Assembly (NCBI RefSeq): GCF_009914755.1
Contig: NC_060933.1
From: the human T2T-CHM13v2.0 reference genome, Homo sapiens
Length of the DNA: 64,000 nt
Direction: 5' to 3' (one strand)
The translations under genes and the position numbers were made by a program. The notes below the pieces were generated by a model that did not search any database, was not told the DNA's origin, and saw nothing but the letters and a program-made list of their open reading frames with translations. How positions within the stretch are numbered: position 1 is the stretch's first letter; every line of letters begins with the position of its first letter. Shown one piece after another: positions 26,485 to 44,312 of the stretch.

Positions 26485-26953
26485 TTTTTTTCTTTTTTCT
26501 TTTTTCTTTTTCTTTTTTTTTTTTTTTTTTTTGAGACAGTCTCTCACTTTGTTGCCCAGGCTGCAGTGTGCAGTAGCAGGATCATAGCTCACTACAGTCT
26601 CATACTACCTGGCTCAAGTGAGACTCCCACCTCAGCTTCCTGAGTAGTTGGGATCAAAGGCTTGTGTCACTATGCTCAGCTGATTTTTTGCTGGGGTCAG
26701 GGGCAGGGTTTGACTTTGTTGTCCAAGCTTGTCTTGACCTCCTGGGCTCAAGTCATCCTCTCACGTCAGCCTCCCGACTAGCTGGGATTAGAGGCACATG
26801 TCATCACGCACAGCTAATTTTTTAAAAATTGTGTGTAGAGATGGGGTCTCTCTATGCTACCCAGGCTGGTCTCAAACTTCTGGCCTCATGTGATACTCCT
26901 CCCTCAGCCTCCCAAAGTACTGGGATTTCAGACATGAGCCACTGTGCCTGGCC
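26485..26953 (-). mobile_element. AluJ-type element with three monomers
   Basis: Poly(T), right arm (~26,532-26,690), extra short monomer (~26,695-26,825), left arm (~26,830-26,953) ending gtgcctggcc. Confidence 0.85.
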
Positions 26954-27050
26954 ATTTTTTTACTTTTGTTAAACCCTATATGACCTAATATTCTGATTTC
27001 ATCATTTACAGAATTGAGTTTGTATTTTTGGCATTTTGGTTGTTATTATT

Positions 27051-27405
27051 TGATATGGTTTGGCTCTGTGTCCCCACCCAAATCTCACCTTGAGTTGTAA
27101 TAATTCCCACATGTCAAGGGTGGGAACAGGTGGAGATAATTGAAGAATGGGGCTGGTTTCCCTAATGCTGTTCTCATGATACTGAGTGAGTTTTCACAAG
27201 ATCTGATGATTTTACAAGTGGCTTACCCCTTTGTTGGGCACTCATTCTCTCTCTTGCTGCACTGTGAAGAGGTAACTTCGGCCATGATTGTAAGTTTCCT
27301 GAGGCCTCCCCAGCCGTGCAGAACTGTGAGTCAATTAAACCTTTCCTTTATAAATTACCCAGTCACAGGCAGTTCTTTATAACAGTGTGAGAATGGACTA
27401 ATATG
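27051..27405 (+). mobile_element. Solo THE1 LTR (THE1C-like)
   Basis: tgatatggtttggctctgtgtccccacccaaatctcaccttg ... gtgtgagaatggactaata. Confidence 0.92.
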
Positions 27406-28071
27406 CTTTTATTTTCATTTTTATTCCAGATGAGTATTCAGAATGAAAATAATGTTTTAAAAAACTAAATAGAAAAAAATGTAACTGAATGAGAATGACT
27501 TGTTTTGGATTATCTGAATGGGGAGTATCAATATTTGGATGAAATCAAATTAGATAGGTAAAATAGTAAATATCGAGATTGAAAAATTTGAAATGAGGTA
27601 TTAAACATTATACTTAAAAACAGAGTACAAGATCCTAATCACACTATTTTTGAAAAGAGGAGAAAAAGAGATGTTGAAATTAGCCTAGTAGCCAGAATTA
27701 TTTTTCCTAGGGGAAATACTTCTAGGGCAGTTACTGTGGTTCTGAATCTGTAGTTCTGCTTTGTTTTTATCGGTGCTTTTTTTTCCCAACCCTTCAGAAT
27801 GTAGCTATCAGGAAATGTTATTACAACCTATTCAATTTTAGCTGGCCTTCATTAAAGGCTAATCGGCCCTTGTAATCTATTTTATATGTTTCTGTACGAT
27901 TTGCTGAATTGTTTTCTCAAAATAACATTTTTAATATGTTCAGCAATAACCAAAAATATACTTGTGAACTCAATAAAAAATAACATTAAATGTTCATGTC
28001 CCCAAGTACCCATAAGAACAAGAGAACTTGACTTCCCAGAGAATACTATATAGAAAGGAATTTTGTCTATA

Positions 28072-30467
28072 CCAACATACCTCAGAGATATTGCAGGTTT
28101 GATTTCAGACCACTATGATATAGAGCAACACAAATTTTTTGCTTTCTAAGGGCATATAAAATTTATGTTTATACTATATTATGGTCTATCAAGTGTGCAA
28201 TAACATTATGTTTAAAACATTTTTTTCTACTTTAACTTAGAAGTATTTTATTGCTATAAAATGCTAATGATTATCTGAGCCTTCAGGGAGTCCTAATTTT
28301 TTGCTGGTGGAGGGACTTGCCTCCTGTTGTTGGCTACTGACTAATCAGGGTGGTGGTTGCTGAAGGCTGGGATGTCTGTGACAATTTATTTAAATAAGAC
28401 AACAATGAAGTTTACCCCATTGATTGACTCTTTCTTTCACAAATGATTTCTCTGTAAAATGAAATGCTGCCTAATAACATTTTACCCAGTAGAAATTCCT
28501 TCAAAATTAAAGTCATTTCTCTCAAATCCTGCCACTGCTTTATCAACTAAGTTCATAAAATATTCTAATTCCTTTGTTGTCTTTTCAATGATGTTTACAG
28601 CATCTTCACCAAGGGCAGATTCCATCCCAAGAAACCACTTTATTTGCTCATCTGTAAGAAGCAACTTCTCATTTGTCCAGTTTCATCATGGGATTGCAGC
28701 AATTCTGTGACAGCTACAGGTTCTATTTCTCAATCTATTCTCTTGTTATTTCCATCATGTCTGTGGTTCCTTCCTCCACTGAAGTCTTCAACTCCTCAAA
28801 GTCACTCATAGGGGTTGGAATCAACCTCTTTCAAACTCCTATTTATGTTGCATTTTTGATCTCCATTATAAATCACAAATATTTTTAACGGCACCTAGAA
28901 TTGTGAATTCTTTCCAGAGGTTTTCAATTTATTTTACCCAAATTCTTCAGAAGAATCTCTATCAATGGCAGCTGTAGCCTTACAAAATATATTTCTTAAA
29001 TAATAAGACTCAAAATTCAAAATTACTCCTTGATCCATGGGCTACATAATGAATGTTCTGTTAGCAGGCATGGTCATCTCGACTCCATCTCGACTCATCA
29101 GAGCTCTCATCTCGACTCCATCAGAGCTCTTTGATGACCAGGTGTATTGTCAAATAAGCAGTAATGTTTTGAAAGATTTTTTTTTTTCTCTGAACAGTAG
29201 ATCTCAACAGTGAGCTTGATGTATTCAGTAAACCATGCTGTAAACAGATGTACTGTCATCCAGGCTTTCTTGTTCCATTTACAGAACACAGACAGAGTAG
29301 ATTTAGCGTAGTTATTAAGGGCCCGCAGATTTTTTGGAATGACAAATGAGCATTGGCTTCAACTTAAATCCATCAGCTGCACTGGCCCCTAGCAAGAGAG
29401 TCAGCCCGTCTTTCAAAGCTTGGAAGCCAGTCATTGACTTCTCTCTAGTTATGAAAGCCCTAGATAGCATCTTCTTCCAATAGAAGGCTGTTTTGCATAG
29501 GTTGAAAATCTGTTGTTGTTTGCCACCTTCATCAATGATCTTAGCTAGATCTTCTACATCAACACTTCCTGCTTCACCATGTACTTTCATGTTATAGGTA
29601 TGGCTTCCTACCCATAAACCTGATGAACCACCCTCTAATAGCTTCAGACTTTTCTTTTGCAGTCTTCTCACCTCTCTCAGCATGGATAGAATTAAGGAAA
29701 GTTATGGCCTTGCTCTGGATTAGGCTTTGGCTTAAGGGAACATTGTGGCTTATTTGATCTTTTATCCAGACCACTCAAACATTCTCCATATCAGCAATGA
29801 GGTTGTTTCATTTTCTTATTATTTATGTATTTGCTGGAGTAGCCCTTTAATCTCCTTAAAGGACTTTTTCTTTGCATTCATAACTTGGCTAAGTGTTTGG
29901 CACAAGAAACCTAGGTTTCAGTCAGTCTTGGCTTTTGGCACACTTTCCTCACTAAGCTTGATTATTTATAGCTTTTGCTTAAAAGTGAGACATGTGTGAC
30001 TCTTACTTTCCCTTGAACACTTAGAGGCCATTGTAGGGTGATTGATTGGCCTAATTTTAATGCTGTTGTGTCTCAAAGAATAGGGAGGGAGGGAGAGAGA
30101 GAGATAGGGTTCTACGAATGGCTGATGCATAGAACAGTCAGAGCACAAACAACATTTATTGATTATGTTTGCCACCTTATATGAGTGTGGTTCTTGGTGC
30201 CCTAAAACACTTACAATAGTAACATTAAAGATCTTTGATCAAAGCATGTCATAACAGATATAATAGTAATAATAAGAATAATAAAGTTTGAAATATTGCG
30301 AGAATTATGAAAATGCAACACAGAGACATATAGTGAGTACATGCTTTTGGAAAAATGTCACTTATAGACTTGATTGACATAGGATTGCCAGAAACATTCA
30401 GTGTGTAAGAAAATAAAATATCTGCAAAGCACAATGAAGCAAAAGGTAATAAAATGAAGTATGCATT
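28072..30467 (-). mobile_element. Near full-length Tigger1 (pogo/TcMar DNA transposon) with decayed transposase
   Basis: Terminal inverted repeats (c.acatacctc / gaagtatgc) flanked by TA; ~2.4 kb. Minus-strand transposase fragments [52 protein letters not shown]. Confidence 0.93.
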
Positions 30468-31059
30468 TATTTTATGAGTAATGGTAAAGGGTGGCAAGCT
30501 AGCGTGAAACAAACTGAAATAGGATGCTGACACCAGGCACTGTATTTTTGGAAATGTTTTCCTATTTAAGCTGTCTTTTTATAAGCACATAAAACTTCTT
30601 TTGCAGAATCCTTACTATCATAACTCTTCCTTACATGGACCCAGTATTTTAAACACTATTGTTATTGTAGAAACAATACTTCAAAGTGCTTAGTGGTAAA
30701 GCTGTTGAGAGTAAAATGAATTTTCGACACCTATCATAGAATGTTGTATAAAAATAAGGATTTTTTTGGATCATAATATGATCATTGAGTTCTAACTAAA
30801 TGAATCTCTCTCTCATTCTTTTTAACATCTCCATAGGTTACACAGAGATACTAAATACAGGCAAAATTCACTAAATGCATATGTAACTTTATATGTGTTT
30901 CCAAAATCACTGAGCAAAGAGGAGAAAAAGTGTGGATCACTGAAAGTATATAGGGAGAGTAAGTGGGTGAAGAAAGCAAAGAGTGAAATAAGAAATTCCA
31001 TTATATCAAAAAGAAAAAAATAGATAGTAGATAAAGATTTAAAATTCCAGTTTCTTTAA

Positions 31060-31423
<364 letters not shown>

Positions 31424-32339
31424 ATATATAGCAAACTTTTGATGCTATAGAATTTTCACATTTCAATAGCTTTTAATATTTTAAAATGTTTTTCTCTAAT
31501 ATTAGCCTATAATATTATTTCTAATATTATAAACTTTCACCTTAAAGTGTTTCATATAAAGCTGCTTAACTATATGTCTTCTAATTTTCAGCTGTTAGGG
31601 AACCAATTCTACTCTTTTCTTATTTAAAAAAGACCCAGGAACTCAAATGAAAGAATATTAGAGTTCTTTTTATTTAATACTATTATCTAGTCATGTTTCC
31701 TTCCATGAAAAGTTTCCAGTGTCTTTTAATAGATTTTTTATTATTTTCCTGCTTTTTACACAGTTCAGTGGGCATGCAATTACCTGCTATCTATACTGGC
31801 AAAGAAACAAATTATTGGAAAGTTACAACCTATTCATGTTACTTTTCAGTAATTTAAACAGAATTACAAGGAACACATTTAAATCTATATTTGAATCTGA
31901 ATCAGATGTCTCCACAGTGGAAAATATATGTGGACTTGATTATATATATCAAACTATATTAGCACAAAACAATCAGTTCTGTTTTGTGCCATAGTCCTAA
32001 AACTGTAGCTGGGGATCTTTGCATTAGAATATATACTCTGCGTGCAAATAAAATCTTGACACAAGAGCTTAAAAAATCTAAAAATGTGAGTGTAATTAAA
32101 GTAATAATTCCTAATATAGCTGGCCTAGAAATTATGTGTACCATTTTAAAATGACTTAAATTTATTTGCTTTGCAAAACAATAACATTTTAAGTAACTGC
32201 TCTTTTATCTCTTGAGGTCAGAATGTCTGTGTGTGTGTTTAAGTTGGCATGGAATCAAATTTACCTCAGGATTGCAATAAGTCACACAGTTTTATTTAAA
32301 GATACTTTAGTCCATTTGAATAAAATAACTTTTTAAAAA

Positions 32340-33420
32340 ATTGATAGAATTTAAGACTATTTTTAGAGCAGTGTTAGGCTTACAGAATAATTGATCAGAA
32401 AATACTAAGTTCTCTTAATCCTCTCCTCCCTACAACTTTCCCTATTATTGATATATGACATTAGCATTATTATTGACATGACATTTGTCATAACATAATT
32501 AAAATTGACTAGCCAATATTAATGCATCATTGTTAACTATCTATGTATATGTTGGTGCATTTAATAGTGTCCCACATTTATTTCAGGCAATGTTCAATTT
32601 TCTTCATTCTTTCTCTCTTTTCTTCAAGTTTGCATAATTGAAATCAATCGATCTTCATATCATTGATTCTTTCGTTAGTTCACAACTATTTTTTAGCTCC
32701 TCTAGTGAATTTTTTATTTTAGTTACTGCACCTTTCAACTTCTTTTCATTTGTTTCCTTTTTATAATTTCTATATATTTATTTATGTTCCTATTTACTGC
32801 AACATTGTCACCATGCCCTCCTTTAACTCTTTAAGAAAGGCTTTCTTTAGTTCTTTGAGTGTTTGTAGTGGTGCCTTTGAAAACTCTGCCTATTAAACCA
32901 GGTATCTGCACCCTCATTCAAGCAGTTTGCCTTTGAAAACTCTGCCTATTAAATTAGGTATCTGCACCCTCATTCAAGCAGTTTTTCCTGTCAGCTATTT
33001 TTCTTATGTGTGTGTCACAATTCCCTGTCTCATGGTTTGTCTCATTACTTACTGTTAAAAGTGGATATTTTAGAAAATACAGCAAGTCTAAATGTTGACT
33101 TTTCTACTTAAGAGTTTGCTGTGGTTGTGCATGTCTTCATTTTTTTAATGAAGTCTATCCACCACCACCAGCCACAGCATCTATCAGAAATCCCTGAAGT
33201 CATTCCTTAGCCGGCATAGCCTTTGGCATGCACACAGCGATCCAGGGATGAGAGTAGCTTCAGCAGGACTCTTTTTAGTGGTATTATTTCCCAGTCACAC
33301 TCCAGTTAGGCTCTATAAATTACTAGTTGATTACTCTGTTGTAATTGACAATGCCCTGGATATAAATTGCTACAGCCTGACTCAATTAAGTTTGCTCTCC
33401 TTTGTGGAAGTATTTTTTCC
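32340..33420 (-). mobile_element. Old L1M fragments (3' end piece, then ORF1/5'-region piece)
   Basis: gactatttttagagcagtgttaggcttacagaataattga (L1MC/D-like 3' end), followed by T-rich antisense ORF1-like sequence. Confidence 0.55.
32872..32983. repeat. 56-bp direct tandem duplication (54/56 identical)
   Basis: tgcctttgaaaactctgcctattaaa(cc/tt)aggtatctgcaccctcattcaagcagtt twice. Confidence 0.95.
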
Positions 33421-33690
33421 AGCTTTATTGAAAATTAAAAATTATATATATTTAAGGCATACAATGTGATTTTTTATACACATTATGAAATAATTATCAC
33501 CATCAAGTTAATTAACATACTCATCCTCTCATAATTACTTTTTTTGTATATATAGTTGTTGAAAAAAACTTAAGATCTACTATCTTAGCGAATTTCAAGA
33601 ATGTGATACGTTATTATTAACTACAATCACTATGATGTATATTAGATCTTCAGAATTTATTCATCCTATTACATCTTATAACTTCAATTT
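33421..33690 (-). mobile_element. L1MA 3' end fragment
   Basis: tttaaggcatacaatgtgat..caccatcaagttaattaacata..aagatctactatcttagcgaatttcaag. Confidence 0.7.
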
Positions 33691-34400
33691 TTTAAAAATA
33701 CTTTTCACCAGGTATGTTGTTTTCACTGAAAAGGAGATCACAGAGCTCCTTGTGCTCCATTCCATAAGTGGAACTCTGCAGCTCATGTAAATTATGCATT
33801 CCAAATGAAAGGTGCCTTGTAAATTATTTAATCATAGCATGTTACTTACAGTAGAGTTGAAGCCTAAGGATGCTTAAATAATTGTCTAAATTCAAAACTA
33901 GTAGAAGACCAATAATTATAATTTAAGTTATTAATCAGTATTTTTCCTCACTACATGCTGTTCTCAACTGAAATTATGCAAAACAGAAACCATTACATTT
34001 AAAAATTATACATTTAGGGGGATATTTTTATCTTTATTGACTAAAATATTTCTCATATGTAGACTTACTGAGGCAGATACCAATACAGATTGAACATCTT
34101 AAGAATTCATAGCAATATAATCTGATTATTGAATACACTAATTCTCACAAAATTTTCTTTTTACTTATATTATTATTTTATATTTGTTGTTATTTTTGTT
34201 GTTTTTGAGAAGGGAAAATTATTATTTGTTATTATATGTTATAAATTTGTATTATTTGTAATTATATAGTATATATATCTGGGGCACAATGTGATATTTT
34301 AATATATGTTAATGTGGAATAATTAAATCAACCTAATGAGCAAATTCATCACTTAACATACTTACCTTTTTGTGTGTGTGTGGTTATAACATTTAAAATT

Positions 34401-38078
<3,678 letters not shown>

Positions 38079-39039
38079 ATTTAAAATTTACTCTTAGAAA
38101 TTTTGAAATATATAATACATTATTATATATTATAATCACTGTTCTGTGCAATAGATCACCAAAGCTTACTCCTGCGTAACTGATATTTTTTGCCCTTTTA
38201 TCAACATCTTCCCTTTCCTCATCCACCTGATCCCAGCCACTGGTAACCATTCTATCCTTTATTGCTATGAGCTTGATTTCCTTAGATTCCGTAAATAAGT
38301 GAGATTATGTGGCATTTGTCTTTCTGTATCTGCCTAATTTGATTATAAGTATTATATCCTTCAGGTTCATCCATGTTATTGCAAATGAATGATTTTTTTT
38401 TCCTTTTTAAGGCTGAATAGTATTCCTTTGTGTATAAATGCCACATTGTCCTTATCCATTCATCCCATGATGGACACCTAAATTGCTTCCACATCTTAGC
38501 TATTGTGAATAAAGCCACAATGAACATGAGTGTGTAGATATATCATCTATGCACTGATTTCAATTCATTTTGATATATAACCCAGCAACAGGATTGCTAG
38601 AGCATATGGCAGTTCTATTTTTAGTTTTCAATGTAACCCTCATAATGTTTTCTATAATAGCTGTACTAATTTACATTTCCATGAAGAATGCACTAGGGTT
38701 CAAGAAGGGAATAATTCTACTTCTGTTATCGCGCAGTGAAGTCTCATGAGTTGTTTCTGAAACATATTAAATTATGTACTGGAATGTCACAAAAGAATGC
38801 TATACTACCTGCATTCTTCAAAAATCTCCACAGAAGTCTCCAAGTAGTATGGACAAAGATTATTCAATGAAGATAAATTTATTATGAGGTCTGAAATAAA
38901 ACATAATCACTGGCAAATATTAGCAGCTGTAAACTCGTGGCTGCACAAATGGACTGTATACATGGTAGATAAATAGAGATGTTGATGCAAATCTATGCAT
39001 ACATTAATGATTCTTGATTGATTTTTTCTCCTGGGAATT

Positions 39040-39108
39040 TTAGCAATTAGGCAGAGACCAAGGATACTGCTAAACATCTTAAAATGCACAGGACATTTTC
39101 CTCCAAAA

Positions 39109-39149
<41 letters not shown>

Positions 39150-39190
39150 CTGGCACAAAATGCCAGTAGTGCCAAGGTTGACAAACACTG
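39040..39190 (+). mobile_element. MER20-like hAT DNA transposon half with an internal A/(TA)n microsatellite
   Basis: agagaccaaggatactgctaaacatcttaaaatgcacaggaca ... caaaatgccagtagtgccaaggttgacaaacactg. Confidence 0.75.
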
Positions 39191-41462
39191 TTATAGATAA
39201 TTGTGAGTATAAGCAGAGGCCCCATTACTATATTGACATAAATGTATTTAAATCATATTTCTCCTGCATATACCAGGATTGAGCATTGTTCTAGGCTTTT
39301 TGGAATTCAGTGGTAAATAAGATACACGTAGTTGCCTCATGGAACTCAAGATTTTTATGGGGAAAATTTTGCAAGAAAACACCTATAGAGGAATCTATAC
39401 AAGAATTTAAGAGAGCAGCACCAAGACTCTCAAGTACATGGATGACCTCTTCCTGCTGGAACTCCTATTTGGTTTTATGATCATCTCATTTATGGAGAAT
39501 GAAAAGAAAGAGGTCACATTTGGAACCTAAGTTTTGTTCACTCTGAATATTGAAAAATTTTAGATCTATCTAGATATGCAGAGGATCAAGTATAGTGGAT
39601 TTAATTTTCACATTTAACAAATAATTTTACTTTATTTCATGAATAAAAAAGAGTCATTCTAGGGAATATTTATGAAGAAAAACTGTATACAGATTCTGTT
39701 CAAGAACAGCTAGAAGCAAGATTTATTTCTAATGCAGCATAATATTATCAATTTTTATTAGGTGCTTGGCCCCATCCTTATAGATTTTATTAGAAACATA
39801 GGGTGAGATAGATAAAATAAGAATTAGTAGGAATAATACAAACAATTTCTTTGTAATGCCTATGGATAATTTGTTGGCAGTATTAGTAGTGATTCTAGCA
39901 TCTTTAGTCTTGGATGTTCATTAGCAGGGGAAAAGCAGGGAAAAGCAGGGGTTTTGCTCAGGTGTAAAGCTATGAATTCTGAGCTTTGTTAGCACAGTTT
40001 CCATTTTTTGCATCCAGAAATAATATAAATATACATACAGCACATTAGAGGAGGAGAAAAGAGAGCTACCAGATGATCTACATAGCTAAGGGATTCTGTA
40101 CTGCCTCCAAGATTTTAAGGATAAATGAAGTTTCTAAAGAATAGGTAAGGCCTAACAACTTAAACACTTCTTTAAAAAAACTATTATTATACTCTTCTTT
40201 TACTTTCTAACTCTGCAGTGTGAGAAAGATTTATTTTAAAACTGTTTTATTCTTTTCTCCGGTATATTTTCTTTTATTTATCAAATTTCCATTTAAAAAT
40301 AATCATAAAAACTGAGATAACAACATGAACGTGCTTTTGTAGGCTTAAATCAGCTGTGCAAATGTTCTCATGTACAGAAAATGAAGATCTATTAGCCCTC
40401 ACACTATATTCATTTCAATAGCAGAAATACAAGCAGGATAAAAGTAAAAACATATCATTTTACTGCCTAGAAATAATATTCTGAAAATTAACAGACATTA
40501 CCATTTTATAGAAAATTTTTACCTCTTCCATTCTGCTACCATAGGATTAATATTTATTAATAAAAGAAAGTCCTCCCAACATCAAAAGCAACATTTAACA
40601 TCCTATCGTGAATCCTTTCACAATGGGCTGTCATTTTGTATTCTCTCAGCATGATAGGAACCTGAACATAGGGTCACTGGATGAAAGATAGTATAATAGA
40701 TCATGTTGCTTTAGGTTTTATTTTTCTTCCTAAGAATCTGATAAGACAGAATAAGATGAGTAAAAGAGATTATATTAGCAGAATATAATCATAACACTGT
40801 ATCTTCATCATTTTGTCAGTTAATTTAGATGAGGAACTTTTAGGAGAGTGTCTAAAATTTAGATTTGAAATCACTCCCTATGCTCCATTTTATTACAATA
40901 ATGTGCAAATTGGGGGAGGGAGGGAACATGCACATTGATATTTTTTAATAATGGAATTCCAACCAGAAAGGTCCAAATTTATTATACCCTTACAGAATTA
41001 TGTTTGCTAAATATGAATGTGAGAAAAAAAGGAAAGTTTGTTGCCAATGTAATGGAGGAATGAAATGAACCACATTTTTATTATTATTCTATTATTCCAA
41101 TAATTGCTTAACACTACTTTTAAAAGGCATAATTAAAACAAATAAAATATTTCTGCATGAAGAGGGGAAGGCATTTAAACTAAAGATTTAATTGAAAGAA
41201 AATTACCTTTAAAGATAAAACTTTCTTCTGAGCTGGCTGGCAGATCATACATAAAGACAAAAAAAAAAGACACACCTAAATTTTATAAATATCAAGTTGC
41301 CAATCAATTTATTAACATAGTTTATATACTAATTTTTATCAGCACAAAATTCTCAGCTAATTGATCTTATAGATTACCAGAGAAGGGCTAATGGGTAATA
41401 TCTTCCATAGCAATTTATAAAAGACGAAGTCATGGTTTTCATGTGGTCATTTGTTTTGTAAT

Positions 41463-41463
41463 T

Positions 41464-41506
<43 letters not shown>

Positions 41507-41510
41507 TGTG
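41463..41510. repeat. (TG)n microsatellite
   Basis: Near-perfect TG run. Confidence 0.95.
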
Positions 41511-42082
41511 ATGAATCCTAAGGATAAAGTGAATCATGTCAGCTCATGGCTTACAGAAGACATTTCTAAGGTGTACACAATATATTTGAGGCATGAAATT
41601 TCTGACCCTTCGTCTCCAGTATAAAATTTAAAAAAAAGATTGCAAATTATTAACATGTCTTTTCTGGACTAAATATCCCACAAATTACCTCAATGATTGT
41701 TTTTAGGGTCAAGTTATGAAAAAAGTTAAGACTGACACGTGTGGTTGTCTTGAAGAAGAGATTTCTAATTAATTGATTGTAGGCAGAGCTACATGCTTTA
41801 GATGCAGGTGTCATCACTAATGTTTTGTTTGAAGAATTTAAATGCTTGGCTCCTAACTGTTCGGGAAGTGCCAAAATTTTTCTCTATGAATAGTTTTAGT
41901 TATACTCCAGTGCTCCAATATATATTTAGTTGAACTAACCAAATTGTGAATTAAAAAGCAGGGATGGAATCAATTTGTTCAGGAAGATGTTAAAAGATGT
42001 AACCTCTCATTGATTTGCTTAGGATTACCACTTAATGATTTACTTTGAGCAGGACTATATTGCTTTCTACCGCTAGAGTGAG

Positions 42083-42555
42083 TATCTTAGTTGGAGTCAC
42101 CTAAAATAGATCCTGAAACAAGGACTTGGGTGCAGGAGTGAGGAAACATAACATGTGAGGGGAAGGGAAAAAAGCTAATATAAGGGTGAATTATCAGGGT
42201 CATTGCTCCAGGCTTTGACTCCAGATTCCACCTGGACATTTGGAGAGTGAAAATGCCTCTCAGAATGGTCCATCTATAAAATAAGAGAAACAGGAGTCTT
42301 TAACCAACAACCTCTATTCTTCATTGTTTGAGGATTTCTCCTTTGGGATGTAGTCATCCCTGTACTTCTGGGCTTCCCATTGGCCATATCAAAATAAATT
42401 TCTCTAGGGTAGAATATGGGAAGATGCAGGGAGTTTAAATTTGAACAATAGCAGACCAAGGTGAGTCAGACTTACATGAAATTTTCCACCACAGCTCAGG
42501 CAAAAAACAGAGGTGGGCAGGGGGAATGTGATGCAGGCAACAGAGGCATGTTCTA
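42083..42555 (-). mobile_element. Old ERVL-type LTR (LTR33/LTR16-like)
   Basis: tcttagttggagtcacctaaaatagatcctgaaacaaggacttgggtgcag resembles the reverse-complement LTR16/33 terminus. Confidence 0.5.
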
Positions 42556-43419
42556 CAATGAGTTTGGATGGGAAAACAAATATATATACTGGCTTTATAA
42601 ATCGTCTCTTCTGAATGCTCATCTGTGTCTGCTAAAAATGAAAGCTTAGTTGTATTATTAAAACAAAATTGTTTCTTTCGAAAGTTGCAATTGTTTTTAA
42701 AGGAACTCCTGAAATATGACAAAGATAAAGTCAACAGCAATTATTGTCATCTTATTAAATGCGTATTCATTATAGCTATAAGATTTTTAAAATATAGATT
42801 TATAAATAAAAATGAAATTATTGAGTCATCGTCAAGCTTCACATCATAATTACAACACCTATGCCTAACTCTGGAGCATACAATTTTAAGAAAACAGTTT
42901 TTATGTCAGATGAAACTGTAGATAAAACTTCAACTGTATATTTTACTTATTCAACATATTAAATTAATATACGAAAATCTGTAGCTTTAAAATAAAAAAG
43001 ATGGGGTTTTAAGAGGACAGCTAGCAAAATGCTGGATCTATAATTTTGGAGACAGCATAAAATATAAAGAATTAATCATTACTGAATACAATTGCACTGA
43101 CATTTTTTATCAAGAGGAATAATTACAAATCTGGGTTACATCTTTAGACTGGGGCAACTGTCAATTATTTAGTCAGTGAAATGTTAAGTGAATTATTTTA
43201 ACTTAAAAATCAGCAGAAAGAGAATCTCAGAGGGTTAAGAATAAACAACCACAGAAATGTCTAAGCATCCAAAAGCATCTTAATTAGGGAAGTCCTTTGG
43301 TATATCCTTCTTATCAGTATAATTTTCCATTACTTTATATTTTACACTGAGAAAACTGCCCACAGCTTGATTAGAAACAGACTTAAGGGAGGGACTGCAA
43401 CTTTAACATCAAAGAACAA

Positions 43420-43780
43420 ATAATTATATTCAGCTATTAGGTATTTTTCTACACCTCAAAGACAACAAATTAGTTTCTGCCCTTGTGGATATCACAGTTA
43501 AGTTAGGCAAATGGACAAATAAACAAATTATTTCAATAAAACATACTAATTGGCATGATAGAGGAATGCATAAGCTTCTGTTGGCAGTAGAAGGAAGGGA
43601 CACATAACCCATGCTGGTATTTGAGTGCAAGCTTAATAAAGAGATGGTTTTTGTGGTCCTTTCTGAAAGACAAATGAAATATTTGAGTAAAGAGAGTGAG
43701 TGACCTTCTATGGACAGAATGTAGCAGGTACAAGTACATAGTTCATGAGGTATCATGACTTTTCAGAACACTCTAACTAC
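43420..43780 (-). mobile_element. L2 remnant
   Basis: tctgcccttgtggatatcacagttaagt..gacaaataaacaaattatttcaata. Confidence 0.5.
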
Positions 43781-44312
43781 AGTAGATTCATATGTTTGCT
43801 GTTCTTTATAGATTTTCTTGTCTGATTCTGAAGGCAAGAGTCACTTTTTGATCATACCGTGAGACTTTCTGGTGGTGGGCAATAATTAAGCTTAATTATT
43901 AGAATCACCAGAATAAAATGGATTCAATTGATTTGTCACCCTTTAATAAGATCACCTGCCTCAAATGAATCTTCCTAATTCCTGGTCATTAAATTTAATA
44001 AAATATTATTTAGGTAATATTTGATTAAAAAATAAAATATTTTTATATAAAAAGGGATGATAATACCAAATTCATTTATTCTTCTGCTCAACTTTATAAT
44101 AGTCTTCTTATTACCTCTCTAAAAGCAGCACCCCAAATGTTCTCCATCAGAAAGGGCTCATATCATGGTCATAGGTGCACTTGAAGGTCCAGAATGTGTA
44201 TATTCTTTAACAGCTTTATACATATAAAAAAACTTTTATCTCTATCTTCATTCCCACTTAGTCTACACTAATTTAACCATGTATTTGGTATTCAACTGAT
44301 TTTCTAGGAAAA

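Noticed and set aside
28459-29774. Domesticated TIGD/CENP-B-like gene
   Set aside because: Transposase homology is split over several short frames inside a TIR-bounded Tigger1.
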